Translations under genes and position numbers: made by a program
The notes under the pieces: generated by a model
The model's input: the letters and a program-made list of their open reading frames with translations, nothing else
Database searches by the model: none
What the model was told of the DNA's origin: nothing
Assembly: GCA_963700145.1 (NCBI GenBank)
Contig: OY969474.1
Location: 256,001-320,000, forward strand
Origin: an uncultured Acidobacteriota bacterium
GTDB lineage: Bacteria > Acidobacteriota > Thermoanaerobaculia > Multivoradales > UBA5704
Reading direction: 5' to 3'
DNA length: 64,000 nt
In this document: one piece after another, positions 29,948-38,635 of the stretch
How positions within the stretch are numbered: the first letter of the stretch is position 1
Layout of the letters: the number at the start of each line of letters is the position of its first letter

Positions 29948-30586
29948 TTGGACCCAATTACGGACGGAGAGCTCATGAGCCAGGTGCGCGACGGCGATCT
30001 CGAAAAGCTGGGCATCCTCTTCGAGAGACACCACCTTCGCCTCTTCAACTTCTTCCTGCGCATGACCGGCGATCGCGCCGCCAGCGAGGACCTGGTGCAG
30101 GAGGTGTTCGTCCGCATGCTCAAGTACCGCAAGAGCTTCCGCGAGCGCGGTGAGTTGCGGAGCCCGGTGATGGGCTCCGCGACCCGAGAGGCTGCCCGCC
30201 GGGGCGGGCAACTGATTCCGCATTCCGGGTTCACCTCCTGGATGTTCGCCCTGGCGCGCAACGTCTCGGCCGACTACTTCGGCCGCCGCCCGCGCGCCAC
30301 CGTCACCGACGAGGAGCTCGACGAGCGGCCGAGCGGCGACCCGCTGCCGCTCGAGCAGCTCGAGCTGGCCGAGTCGCTCGAGCAGCTGCGCGGCGCCCTG
30401 CTCAAGCTGCCGGAGGAGAAGCGCGAGCTGCTCCTGCTGACGCGCAGCGGCGGCCTGAGCTACGAACAGATCGCGGCGATCCTGGGCTGCAGCGCCGGAG
30501 CGGTGAAGGTGCGGGTGCACCGGGCGCTCCGCCACCTGCGGCAGGTCTTCCGGGCGCCGGAGATGGAGGCACAGCATGGAGCGTGA
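29948..30586 (+). CDS. ECF RNA polymerase sigma factor with an in-frame insertion
   Basis: SEDLVQEVFVRM, FTSWMFALARN, LSYEQIAAILGCSAGAVKVRVHRA; start uncertain. Confidence 0.9.
   Translation: MDPITDGELMSQVRDGDLEKLGILFERHHLRLFNFFLRMTGDRAASEDLVQEVFVRMLKYRKSFRERGELRSPVMGSATREAARRGGQLIPHSGFTSWMFALARNVSADYFGRRPRATVTDEELDERPSGDPLPLEQLELAESLEQLRGALLKLPEEKRELLLLTRSGGLSYEQIAAILGCSAGAVKVRVHRALRHLRQVFRAPEMEAQHGA
30157..30231. repeat. In-frame ~75-bp palindromic insertion in the sigma gene
   Basis: Hairpins gcggagccc-ggtgat-gggctccgc and tgcccgcc-gg-ggcgggca interrupt the expected RGE-FTSW motif. Confidence 0.7.
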
Positions 30587-31307
30587 CGACTTCCGCCCCG
30601 AAAACGAGGAGGAGCTGCGGCTCTGGGAGGCGCTGGCGCGCCTGCCGGAGGAGGAGCCGGGCCCCGGCCTGCGGCGGCGCTTCTACCGCATGCTCGAAGA
30701 GGAGACCGCCGCCGCGGCGGCCGAGCGGCACCCCGCCCGCTCCGGCGGCTGGCGGCGGCGGCTCCTCGCTTTCTTGACGCCGCCGCGGCCGGCCTTCGCC
30801 GGGGGCCTGCAGTGGGCCCTGCCGGCGCTCGCCGTGGGCGTGCTCCTGGGGACCTTCCTGCCCGGCCGCGGCGCGGCGCCGCCGCAGGCCGACGTCGCCG
30901 CCCTGCGCCGGGAGGTTGGCTCCCTGTCGCGACTGGTCGCCCTGTCGCTGCTCGAGCAGGACTCGGCGAGCGAGCGGCTCAAGGGGGTGAGCTACGGCCG
31001 CGAGGTCGGCCCCTCCGACCCGCGCGTCCTCGACGCCCTGCTCGCGGCGGTGGCCGACGACCCGAACGACAACGTGCGCCTGGCGGCGATCGACGCCCTG
31101 GCCGGCGTCGCCGGCCGCCCCGGCGTCCAGCAGCAACTGATCGCGGGCTTCCCGCGCCAGGAGTCGCCGCTGGTGCAGATCGCCCTGGTCGACCTGCTCG
31201 CCGAGGCGCGCGGCGCCCGCCCGCGGCTGCAGCGCCTGGTGGACGACCCGCAGGTCGACCCGACGGTGCGCGACTACCTGCGGCGGCGTCTCGAACGACG
31301 GACCTGA
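30576..31307 (+). CDS. Anti-sigma-like protein with HEAT repeat
   Basis: Single TM, SASERLKGV, DPNDNVRLAAIDAL, SPLVQIALVDLL. Confidence 0.78.
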   Translation: MERDDFRPENEEELRLWEALARLPEEEPGPGLRRRFYRMLEEETAAAAAERHPARSGGWRRRLLAFLTPPRPAFAGGLQWALPALAVGVLLGTFLPGRGAAPPQADVAALRREVGSLSRLVALSLLEQDSASERLKGVSYGREVGPSDPRVLDALLAAVADDPNDNVRLAAIDALAGVAGRPGVQQQLIAGFPRQESPLVQIALVDLLAEARGARPRLQRLVDDPQVDPTVRDYLRRRLERRT

Positions 31308-31326
31308 CCTGAGGAAGGAGCCTGCG

Positions 31327-32223
31327 ATGCGACCGAGACTTACGAGCTCTCTGCTCGCCCTCTGCCTGATCGCCGCCGCGCGCCCCGCGAGCTGCGGCGA
31401 GCACGGGACCGGGACGAGGGGCTGGACCGAGGAGACCCGCACCCTGCGCGAGGCGTGGACCCTCGCCGCCGGCGGGCGGACGGTGGAGGTGGACAACTAC
31501 AGCGGCCCGATCGCCGTCATCGCCCATGCCGGCGACAGGGTCGAGGCGGTGATCCGCGAGACCGTTTCCGGCCGCGCGCCCGAAAAGCTCGCCGAGGCGC
31601 GGCAGGAGGTGAAGCTGGTCATGGAGCAGCGCGCCGACGGCGTCCACCTCGTCGTCGACGGCCCCTTCCGCTGCCGCGACGGCCAGAAGGGGAGCTGGAA
31701 CGACGGCTGGCGCGGCTGGGAGCGCGAGGGCTACAAGGTGGTCTACGCCTTCGAGCTGCGGGTGCCGAAAGAGGCGGACCTCGTCCTCGAGACCGTCGAC
31801 GACGGCGACGTGCGGGTGGACGGCGTCCACGGCCGCTTCGAGGTGCGCAACGTCAACGGCGACGTCGTCCTCGAGCGGATCGGCGGCGCCGGCGAGGCGC
31901 GCACCGTCAACGGGCCGCTGCGGGTCAGCTTCGCCGCCAACCCGAGCGGCCCCTCCGAGTTCGAGACCGTCAACGGCGAGGTGGACGTGGCCTTCCGCGC
32001 CGGCCTCGACGCCGACCTCCGCTTCAAGACCATGAACGGCGAGGCGTTCACCGAGTTCGACTACGAGACCCGCTCGCTCGCCGTCCCGGCGGGCGACCGG
32101 AGCAAGGGGCGCTTCATCCTGCAGCGCGACGGCGCCTACGGCATTCGCATCGGCTCCGGCGGGCCCGAGCTCGCCTTCGCCACCATCAACGGCAACATCC
32201 TGGTCCGCAACCAGGACCGGTAG
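31327..32223 (+). CDS. DUF4097 beta-strand repeat protein
   Basis: Signal peptide; repeated T/NVNG motifs. Confidence 0.82.
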   Translation: MRPRLTSSLLALCLIAAARPASCGEHGTGTRGWTEETRTLREAWTLAAGGRTVEVDNYSGPIAVIAHAGDRVEAVIRETVSGRAPEKLAEARQEVKLVMEQRADGVHLVVDGPFRCRDGQKGSWNDGWRGWEREGYKVVYAFELRVPKEADLVLETVDDGDVRVDGVHGRFEVRNVNGDVVLERIGGAGEARTVNGPLRVSFAANPSGPSEFETVNGEVDVAFRAGLDADLRFKTMNGEAFTEFDYETRSLAVPAGDRSKGRFILQRDGAYGIRIGSGGPELAFATINGNILVRNQDR

Positions 32224-32232
32224 GAGACGACC

Positions 32233-33048
32233 ATGAGACGAGTCACCCTGGCGGCCTGCGCCGCCGCCATTCTGACGATCCCGCTCGCCGCCGCCGCGCA
32301 GGAGGGGCAGGTCGAGCGCTTCAACGTGCCGCTCACCGACCCCGGGCGTCCGGTGCAGCTCGAAGTCGGCCTGGTGTCCGGCGGGATCACCGTCGAGGCC
32401 GGCGGCGGCAACCAGGTCGTCGTCGAGGCCCGCGCCCGCGACGACGACCGCCACGGCAAGCCCGAGGTGCGCGGCGGCATGCGGCGCATCCCCCTCTCCG
32501 GCTTCAAGCTGTCGATCGAGGAGAAGGACAACGTCGTCGAGATCGGCTCCTCGCCGACGGTCGCGGTCTTCCTCACCATCAAGGTGCCGGAGCAGACCTC
32601 GGTCAAGCTCTCGACCGTCAACGACGGCGACATCGAGGTCAGCGGCGTGCGCGGCGACCACGAGATCTCCAACGTCAACGGCGGGATCCGCGCCCGCGTC
32701 GGGGGGTCGCTCGTCGCCCACACGATCAACGGCGAGGTCAAGGTGACGCTCTCCACCGTCGCGCCGGGCAAGGCGATGGCCTTCAGCAGCCTCAACGGCG
32801 ACGTCGACGTCACCGTGCCGGGCGGCACCAAGGCCGACCTGCGCATGGAGTCCGAGAACGGCGAGATCTACACCGACTTCGACATCGCCCAGCGCCAGCG
32901 CGCGGCGCCGACGCAGACCGAGCGGCAGGGCGGCCGCTACAAGCTGACCGTCGAGCGCGCTGTCTTCGGCACGATCAACGGCGGCGGTCCGGAGATGTAC
33001 TTCAAGACTTTCAACGGCGACGTCCACCTGCGGCGGGCGGGCGGATGA
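32233..33048 (+). CDS. DUF4097 beta-strand repeat protein
   Basis: Signal peptide; TVNDG, NVNGG, TINGE, SLNGD, TFNGD repeats. Confidence 0.82.
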   Translation: MRRVTLAACAAAILTIPLAAAAQEGQVERFNVPLTDPGRPVQLEVGLVSGGITVEAGGGNQVVVEARARDDDRHGKPEVRGGMRRIPLSGFKLSIEEKDNVVEIGSSPTVAVFLTIKVPEQTSVKLSTVNDGDIEVSGVRGDHEISNVNGGIRARVGGSLVAHTINGEVKVTLSTVAPGKAMAFSSLNGDVDVTVPGGTKADLRMESENGEIYTDFDIAQRQRAAPTQTERQGGRYKLTVERAVFGTINGGGPEMYFKTFNGDVHLRRAGG

Positions 33049-34723
33049 GAAAGCCACTCTCGAGCGTGCGTCCCCGCAGCTCGAGGCCCGGGTCCGGGTC
33101 GGGGGCGCAGGGGAAGGGCTGGTACCAGCAGCGGCCGTCGAGCGCCACGCGCAGGGTGAAGCCGTCGCGCACCGTCGCCCGCGTCGGCGGCACCGGGGCC
33201 GCCGCCGGCAGCACGGCGTGGCGCGCAGCCTCGGCGAACACCTGCGGCTCGCGCGCCAGGGTCTGTGCCCCCCGGACGGTGAAGTAGGCAAGGAGGAAGC
33301 CGGCGAGGGCACCAGCCGGCAGCCTCCGCGCCGCCGGGAGGAAGAAGGGTCCCGCCGCGAGCAGGGTCAGCAGGAAGAGGAACCCCCAGCCGAACCGCGG
33401 AGCGGGCGCGGTCGTCAGCCAGAAGAGCACTCCCGCCGCGGCCGTCGCGAAGAGAACGGCGTGGTCGAGCGCGCCGGGAGGGAGCGGCCGGCGCCGGCGC
33501 GCCAGCCACAGCCCCGCCTGCGCCGGAGCGAGCGCCAGGCAGGCGAGCAGCGCCGCCTTCGTCGAGAGCAGCAGATCGTTCCACCAGAGCGGCGCCCATT
33601 CCCGGAGCGGCATCGCCAGCACCACCTCCGCCGGCAGCAGCTGCGACCGGGAGAAGCTCGTGATCCACCGCGCATGGGTCGCCACCCACTCGGCTGGTAT
33701 CCGCCAGTCCACCGGGAACGGGGCGAGCCCGGGGACGGGGAAGAGGAGGTAGCCGGAGACCACCACCGAGTGGAGGAGGGCGGGGAGGACGAAGACCAGG
33801 ACGGTCCCGGCCAGCGCGCCGGCAGCCCGCCATCGCCGGGCGGCGGCGAGCCGCGCCGCCAGCCAGAGCGGCAGGAGGAGGAGCGGCAGGGCCGAGAGCT
33901 TGACGCTCGCGGCGAAGGCCGCGAGGACGGCCACCGCCGTCTGCCGCGGGCCCGGCGCGGCGAGCGAGCCCTCCTCGACGGCCTTGAGCCAGAGCGCCGC
34001 CACGACCCACACCAGGACCGCGGCCGGCACGTCCGGGGTCGCCGCCGAGAGCCAGGGAGCGAAGAGGTGGAAGGTGAGGACCGCCGTCGCGAGGCGGACG
34101 AGGAGGCTCGCCCGCCGCGCGCCGCGCCGCCATTCGCCGACGGCGGCGACGCCGTCCACGAGGACCAGCAGGAAGAGCGCGCCGTTGAGCACCTGGAGTC
34201 GCCCGAGCAGTGCCTGCGGCGCGAACCAGCCGGCGGCGAAGGCGAGGCGGCCGTGCAGGTTCCCGAGCCCGGGGACGGCGCCGAGCTCCTGCAGCCAGCG
34301 GATCGCCTGGAGCTGATAGGCGGCGGTGTCGAAGTGCGCGGTGGCGACGGCGGTGCGGGCGAGGCCCAGCAAGGCGCCCGCGGCGAGCGCCGCGGCGCCG
34401 AGCCCGCGGCCGGCCGCGAGCCCGCTCCCCAGAGCCCCTCCGAAGTCGCGCAGCGCCGCGGCCAGGGCACGCCGCCGCACGGCCGCGAGGAGCGCCGCGC
34501 CGGTCAGGGCCGCGGCGAGCATGCGGCCGTCGAGCGGCACGACGAGCGACGCCAGGAGCGCGCCGGCGGAGAGCACGGCGAGGCCCGCCAAGGCGAGCAC
34601 CGGCAGCCGCGGTGGCGCGCGCCGCTCGCCCCCGGTCAGCCGCGCCAGCCCGCCGAGCGCGGCTTCGCCGTAGGCCGTGGCGACGAACGCCAAGCCGGCT
34701 GCCGCCAGCAGCGCCGCGAGCAT
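33011..34723 (-). CDS. Polytopic membrane protein (LIC_10190-like), paralog of 23411..25096
   Basis: Shares PGLGNLHGRL, TPDV, KLS, SGYLLFP, APAPRFGWG, CWYQPFPC. Confidence 0.7.
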   Translation of the reverse strand: MLAALLAAAGLAFVATAYGEAALGGLARLTGGERRAPPRLPVLALAGLAVLSAGALLASLVVPLDGRMLAAALTGAALLAAVRRRALAAALRDFGGALGSGLAAGRGLGAAALAAGALLGLARTAVATAHFDTAAYQLQAIRWLQELGAVPGLGNLHGRLAFAAGWFAPQALLGRLQVLNGALFLLVLVDGVAAVGEWRRGARRASLLVRLATAVLTFHLFAPWLSAATPDVPAAVLVWVVAALWLKAVEEGSLAAPGPRQTAVAVLAAFAASVKLSALPLLLLPLWLAARLAAARRWRAAGALAGTVLVFVLPALLHSVVVSGYLLFPVPGLAPFPVDWRIPAEWVATHARWITSFSRSQLLPAEVVLAMPLREWAPLWWNDLLLSTKAALLACLALAPAQAGLWLARRRRPLPPGALDHAVLFATAAAGVLFWLTTAPAPRFGWGFLFLLTLLAAGPFFLPAARRLPAGALAGFLLAYFTVRGAQTLAREPQVFAEAARHAVLPAAAPVPPTRATVRDGFTLRVALDGRCWYQPFPCAPDPDPGLELRGRTLESGFLIRPPAAGGRRR

Positions 34724-34732
34724 GGCCGGACG

Positions 34733-36787
34733 CTACTGGAAGTAGCCGTTGACGTCGAGGATGAAGTGCGTGGCGGCGGCCGAGCCGTTCAGCACGCCAA
34801 GCGTGCCGGTGCCGTCGGTGGCGAGCGTCAGCACGGCGTTGTTGGCGCGCGTCACGCCGGCCCTGAAGCTGATGGAGCTGGTGGTCATGGGGAAGGCGTT
34901 GCCCGGGAAGGTCGAGAGATAGCCGGCCGCACCGGGCGCGGGCACCGTGACGTTCACCGAGATCGCTTTCGCCCCGTTGGGGATGCCGCAGGTGCCGGTG
35001 ACGTCGAAGCTGCGGACGCCGTTGGCGGCGAGCGCCGGCCCGCCGAGCGGTCCGTTGGGGTTGCGGGTGTCGACCACCCGGCAGGGCGCGAGCGTGTAGA
35101 AGCCGGTCGGCGTCGGCGGCGGCGTGTAGAAGAAGGCGTTGGCCATGGTGGCGCTCGCGCCGCCCGGGTTGGTGACCACCAGGTTGACGGCGCCGGTGGC
35201 GTGGGCCCCGGTGACGGCGGTGATGCGGGTGCTGTTGACCACGACGACCGAGGTCGCCGCCACGCCGCCGAGAGTCACCGTCGCCCCGGGGAGGAACCCC
35301 GTGCCGGTGATCGCGATCGCCGTGCCGCCGCCGGTCGTGCCCGACTGCGGCGCGACGCTGCCGATCGTCGGGTTGACGACCGCCGGGAAGATGCAGGCGC
35401 CGGGCCCGGTCGTCTTGCTCTCGACGATGGGCTCGAGCAGCTGCACCGTCCGCGAATGGAAGACCGAGCTGGCGCTGCAGCCCCCCAGGTTGTGGCAGTA
35501 GCTCATCACCGTGCCGCGCACGTTGGGGACGCCCTGGTAGGTCGCCGGGGCCGGGCAGGAGGTGGCGCCGCTGTAGCACCCCGATTCGCCGTTGAAGCAC
35601 GTGTCGATCGGCGTCGGCGTGAGATAGCAGTGGGTGTGGTGCGAGCCGAAGTTGTGGCCGATCTCGTGCCCCACGATTCGGGTGTCCTGCGTCAGCAGGT
35701 TGGTCGAGCCGAAGACCTGGGTGAAGCTGTAGCCGCCGTTGGTGCTGCAGAGAGCGTTGATGAAGGCGATGCCCGAGGCGCCCGAGCTCTGCTTGCCCGA
35801 GATCAGCGCCGCGATGGCGCGCGGGACCGTGCCGTAGTTGGCGACCCAGTAGTTCCGGAACTCGTTGAGCTTGGTGAAGTCGGCGCCGCCGCTGCCGCCC
35901 GTCCAGGGGTCGTTCGAGGTGGTGCGCAGGAAGGTGGTGCCCTGGAGCAGGCGGACCTTGAGGTCCCGCTCGTACATCACGTTCATCTGCGCGAAGAGGC
36001 TGGCCAGGTAGTTCGTGACCGCCACGGTGTTGCCGCCGAACTTGTTGGCGATCAGCTCGTAGTCGGTGTCCACGGCGACGGTGGCGGTGTGGAGGCTCAC
36101 GATCGCCTCCTCGAAGACCGCGGTCGAGGCGGCGCTCTCGAAGGCGAGCGGCATCGCCTGTGGCGCTTCCTCGGCGCCGCAGCTGAACTCCGGCGCCGCG
36201 GCCGCGGCTTCCTCGCCGGGGGTGAGGAAGACCGCCGGGGGCGCCAGCCGGTACAAGCGGCGGTCCCCGCCCGCCGGCTCCGGGCGCAGCTCGTGCCGCT
36301 CCTCCCGCGTCTCGGTTAGCCCTTCGAGCGCTCCGGTCTGCGGATCGACGGAGACCATGACCCGGGTCTCGCTGTCGAGCTCGGCCTCGCCGAAGAAGAA
36401 GACCAGCCGCGAGCGGGGGAGCTCGCGCCGCCCGCCGCCCACCTGCACGATGCGGGCGCCGGGGGCGTAGATCTCGCGCCGGGTGAGGAGGACGGCCTCG
36501 CGGCGGTCCGGTGCGACCGGCCACTCCTCGACGCGCACCGTCTCCTCGTTGCCGGTGGCGAGGAGGGCGGGAGCGAGCTCCTCGTCGAGCGGCAGGAGCT
36601 CCATCGCGGCGCCGCTCTCGAAGTCCTCGAGGAGCCGGCCGGGGCCGGCGGCGCGGAGCGGGCCGCGGTCGAAGGCGTCGTCGGAGGGGGGCGCGGCGAA
36701 GGCGGCTGTGGGAAGGGTGAGGCTGACCGCCAGAACAGCGGCCAAGCAGGGAAGTACCCAGGAGCGACGACGCGATGCCGATTCCAT
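34733..36787 (-). CDS. Secreted M12/reprolysin-like zinc metalloprotease with IPT/TIG domain
   Basis: HEIGHNFGSHHTHC zinc motif, GTVMSYC Met-turn, PQSGTTGGGTAIAITGTGF IPT motif. Confidence 0.88.
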   Translation of the reverse strand: MESASRRRSWVLPCLAAVLAVSLTLPTAAFAAPPSDDAFDRGPLRAAGPGRLLEDFESGAAMELLPLDEELAPALLATGNEETVRVEEWPVAPDRREAVLLTRREIYAPGARIVQVGGGRRELPRSRLVFFFGEAELDSETRVMVSVDPQTGALEGLTETREERHELRPEPAGGDRRLYRLAPPAVFLTPGEEAAAAAPEFSCGAEEAPQAMPLAFESAASTAVFEEAIVSLHTATVAVDTDYELIANKFGGNTVAVTNYLASLFAQMNVMYERDLKVRLLQGTTFLRTTSNDPWTGGSGGADFTKLNEFRNYWVANYGTVPRAIAALISGKQSSGASGIAFINALCSTNGGYSFTQVFGSTNLLTQDTRIVGHEIGHNFGSHHTHCYLTPTPIDTCFNGESGCYSGATSCPAPATYQGVPNVRGTVMSYCHNLGGCSASSVFHSRTVQLLEPIVESKTTGPGACIFPAVVNPTIGSVAPQSGTTGGGTAIAITGTGFLPGATVTLGGVAATSVVVVNSTRITAVTGAHATGAVNLVVTNPGGASATMANAFFYTPPPTPTGFYTLAPCRVVDTRNPNGPLGGPALAANGVRSFDVTGTCGIPNGAKAISVNVTVPAPGAAGYLSTFPGNAFPMTTSSISFRAGVTRANNAVLTLATDGTGTLGVLNGSAAATHFILDVNGYFQ

Positions 36788-36952
36788 GCTTGCCGGGCCC
36801 TATAAGTCGAGCCGCTGCCGTCATATTCCCATCGACGCGGGGGTCCGGGTGGGCCGCGCGGAGGCGCGACTTGGCGCCCGATTGACGGCCGCCCATCAGG
36901 GTGGCGGAAAGGGGCGGAACGCCGTCTCGCGGGATGGTACAGTCCCGCGGCC

Positions 36953-37927
36953 GTGCCTCTCCCCGTGACCTTCGAGGACGTGCGCGCGGCGCGGGCGCGG
37001 ATCGCCGGGCACGTCCACCGCACGCCGGTCCTTACCTCCCGCCAGCTCGACGCGCTGACCGGCGCCCCTCTCTTCTTCAAGTGCGAGCTCTTCCAGCGGG
37101 TCGGCGCCTTCAAGGCGCGCGGCGCCTTCTCACGCCTCACCCTCCTGACCGCCCCCGAGCGGGCCGCGGGCGTCGTCGCCTTCTCCTCGGGCAACCACGC
37201 CCAGGCGGTGGCGCTGGCGGCGCGCGAGCTGGGGGTGGCGGCGACGATCGTCATGCCGCGCGACGCGCCCGCCACGAAGGTCGCCGCCACCCGCGGCTAC
37301 GGCGCCCGGGTGCTGCTCTACGACCGCGCCGAGGAGAGCCGCGAGGAGATCGCGCGGCGGATCGTCGAGGAGGAGGGGGCGGTGCTCGTGCCTCCCTTCG
37401 ACGACGACAGGGTGATCGCCGGTCAGGGGACGCTGGGCCTGGAGCTGCTCGAGGAAGTGCCGGAGCTGGAGATCGTCGTCACCCCGTGCGGCGGCGGCGG
37501 GCTGCTCTCGGGGGTCGCGGTGGCGGCGCGCGGCCTCGCGCCGGCGATCCGCCTCTGGGGCGTCGAGCCGGAGGCGGGAGACGACATGCGGCGCTCGCTC
37601 GCGGCGGGCGAGCCGGTCTCGATCCCGGTCCCGAACACCATCGCCGACGCCTTGCAGACCACGCGTCCGGCCGAGCGCACCCTGGCGATCGTCGGCGCCC
37701 TCTGCGAGGGGATCGTCACGGCGAGCGACCTCGAGCTGCGGCGGGCGATGGCCCTCCTCGCCTCGCGTCTCAAGCTCGTCGTCGAGCCGGGCGGGGCCGC
37801 CGCCTTCGCGGCGCTCCTCCACGGCCGGGTGCCCGGCGTGGAAGGTCGCCGCGTCGGGGTCGTCCTCTCCGGCGGCAACGTCGACCTCGCCCGCTTCGGC
37901 GAGCTGGTGAGCGGGATCGAGGTCTGA
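36953..37927 (+). CDS. PLP-dependent Ser/Thr dehydratase (serine racemase-like)
   Basis: KCELFQRVGAFKARGA, SSGNHAQ, GQGT, GGGGLLSG, LSGGNVD. Confidence 0.93.
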   Translation: MPLPVTFEDVRAARARIAGHVHRTPVLTSRQLDALTGAPLFFKCELFQRVGAFKARGAFSRLTLLTAPERAAGVVAFSSGNHAQAVALAARELGVAATIVMPRDAPATKVAATRGYGARVLLYDRAEESREEIARRIVEEEGAVLVPPFDDDRVIAGQGTLGLELLEEVPELEIVVTPCGGGGLLSGVAVAARGLAPAIRLWGVEPEAGDDMRRSLAAGEPVSIPVPNTIADALQTTRPAERTLAIVGALCEGIVTASDLELRRAMALLASRLKLVVEPGGAAAFAALLHGRVPGVEGRRVGVVLSGGNVDLARFGELVSGIEV

Positions 37928-37933
37928 GCTGCC

Positions 37934-38312
37934 AGGAGAAATGCACCATTCCGCCGCCGCTTTGCACCACGCGGCGGCGGAAAACGGCGCCGCGGGCGCT
38001 CGGGAGGCCGAATCGGCGGCTGGAGACGAGCCCGCGAGGGGAAAAATGCACCCCGCCGAGCCTGCGGGGTGCACCGCGGGCCCGGGGGAAGGCGCCGCCG
38101 CACCTTTTTTGCACCATTTTCTGGCTGCTTTGCACCATTTTGGTCCCGCGGCAGGCTCCGCAGGCCCTCCGGCGAGGCCCCAAGGGCCTGCGGCGACGTC
38201 CGGAGCCGCCAAATGGTGCAAAGAAGCCGCCGGATGGTGCACCTTTCCCGCGGAGGATATGTCCTCAGCCGCCGCGGGGTGCATTTCTGCCGCCGCATGG
38301 TGCATTTTTCCT
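37934..38312. repeat. 21-bp-phased inverted array with terminal inverted repeats (MITE-like)
   Basis: TGCACC at 37942, 37963, 38047, 38110, 38131; GGTGCA at 38068, 38215, 38236, 38278, 38299; ends aggagaaatgcaccat / atggtgcatttttcct (15 of 16 match). Confidence 0.85.
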
Positions 38313-38390
38313 CCCGAGGAGGCATCCCATGCCGACGCGGGCCCGCGGGGCCCTCTTCAAGTTCCCCGTCCTCTCGACCGCCGGCCCCGA

Positions 38391-38558
38391 CCTCGCCTCT
38401 CAAGCTCGCCGTCGAGCCCGGCGGCGGCCGCCGCCTTCGCGGCGCTCCTCCACGGCCGGGTGCCCGGCGTGGAAGGGCGCCGCGTCGGCGTCGTCCTTTC
38501 GGGCGGCAACGTCGACCTCGCCCGCTTCGGCGAGCTGGTGAGCGGTTTGGAGGTGTAA
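38391..38558 (+). pseudogene. Second copy of the 3' end of the dehydratase gene (37756..37927)
   Basis: Direct repeat of about 170 bp encoding AAAFAALLHGRVPGVEGRRVGVVLSGGNVDLARFGELVSG. Confidence 0.93.
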
Positions 38559-38635
38559 GACGAAGCCTTGTCGACCCACTCGGCCAGGGTGATCCAAGGC
38601 AGCGGGGAGCTAGGCGGTCTGTTGGTCCCTCGGGC

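Noticed and set aside
30149-30235. Intron or tRNA inside the sigma gene
   Set aside because: The ggtgagt resemblance to a splice donor is not meaningful in bacteria; too short for group I/II introns and no tRNA T-loop or CCA seen
32937-36896. Long Arg/Gly/Ala-rich alternative ORFs, here and elsewhere (e.g. 47705..52171, 22232..24961)
   Set aside because: Stop-poor shadow frames typical of very high GC, overlapping well-supported genes
37756-38558. Diversity-generating retroelement TR/VR pair
   Set aside because: Differences are not adenine-specific and no reverse transcriptase is in the window
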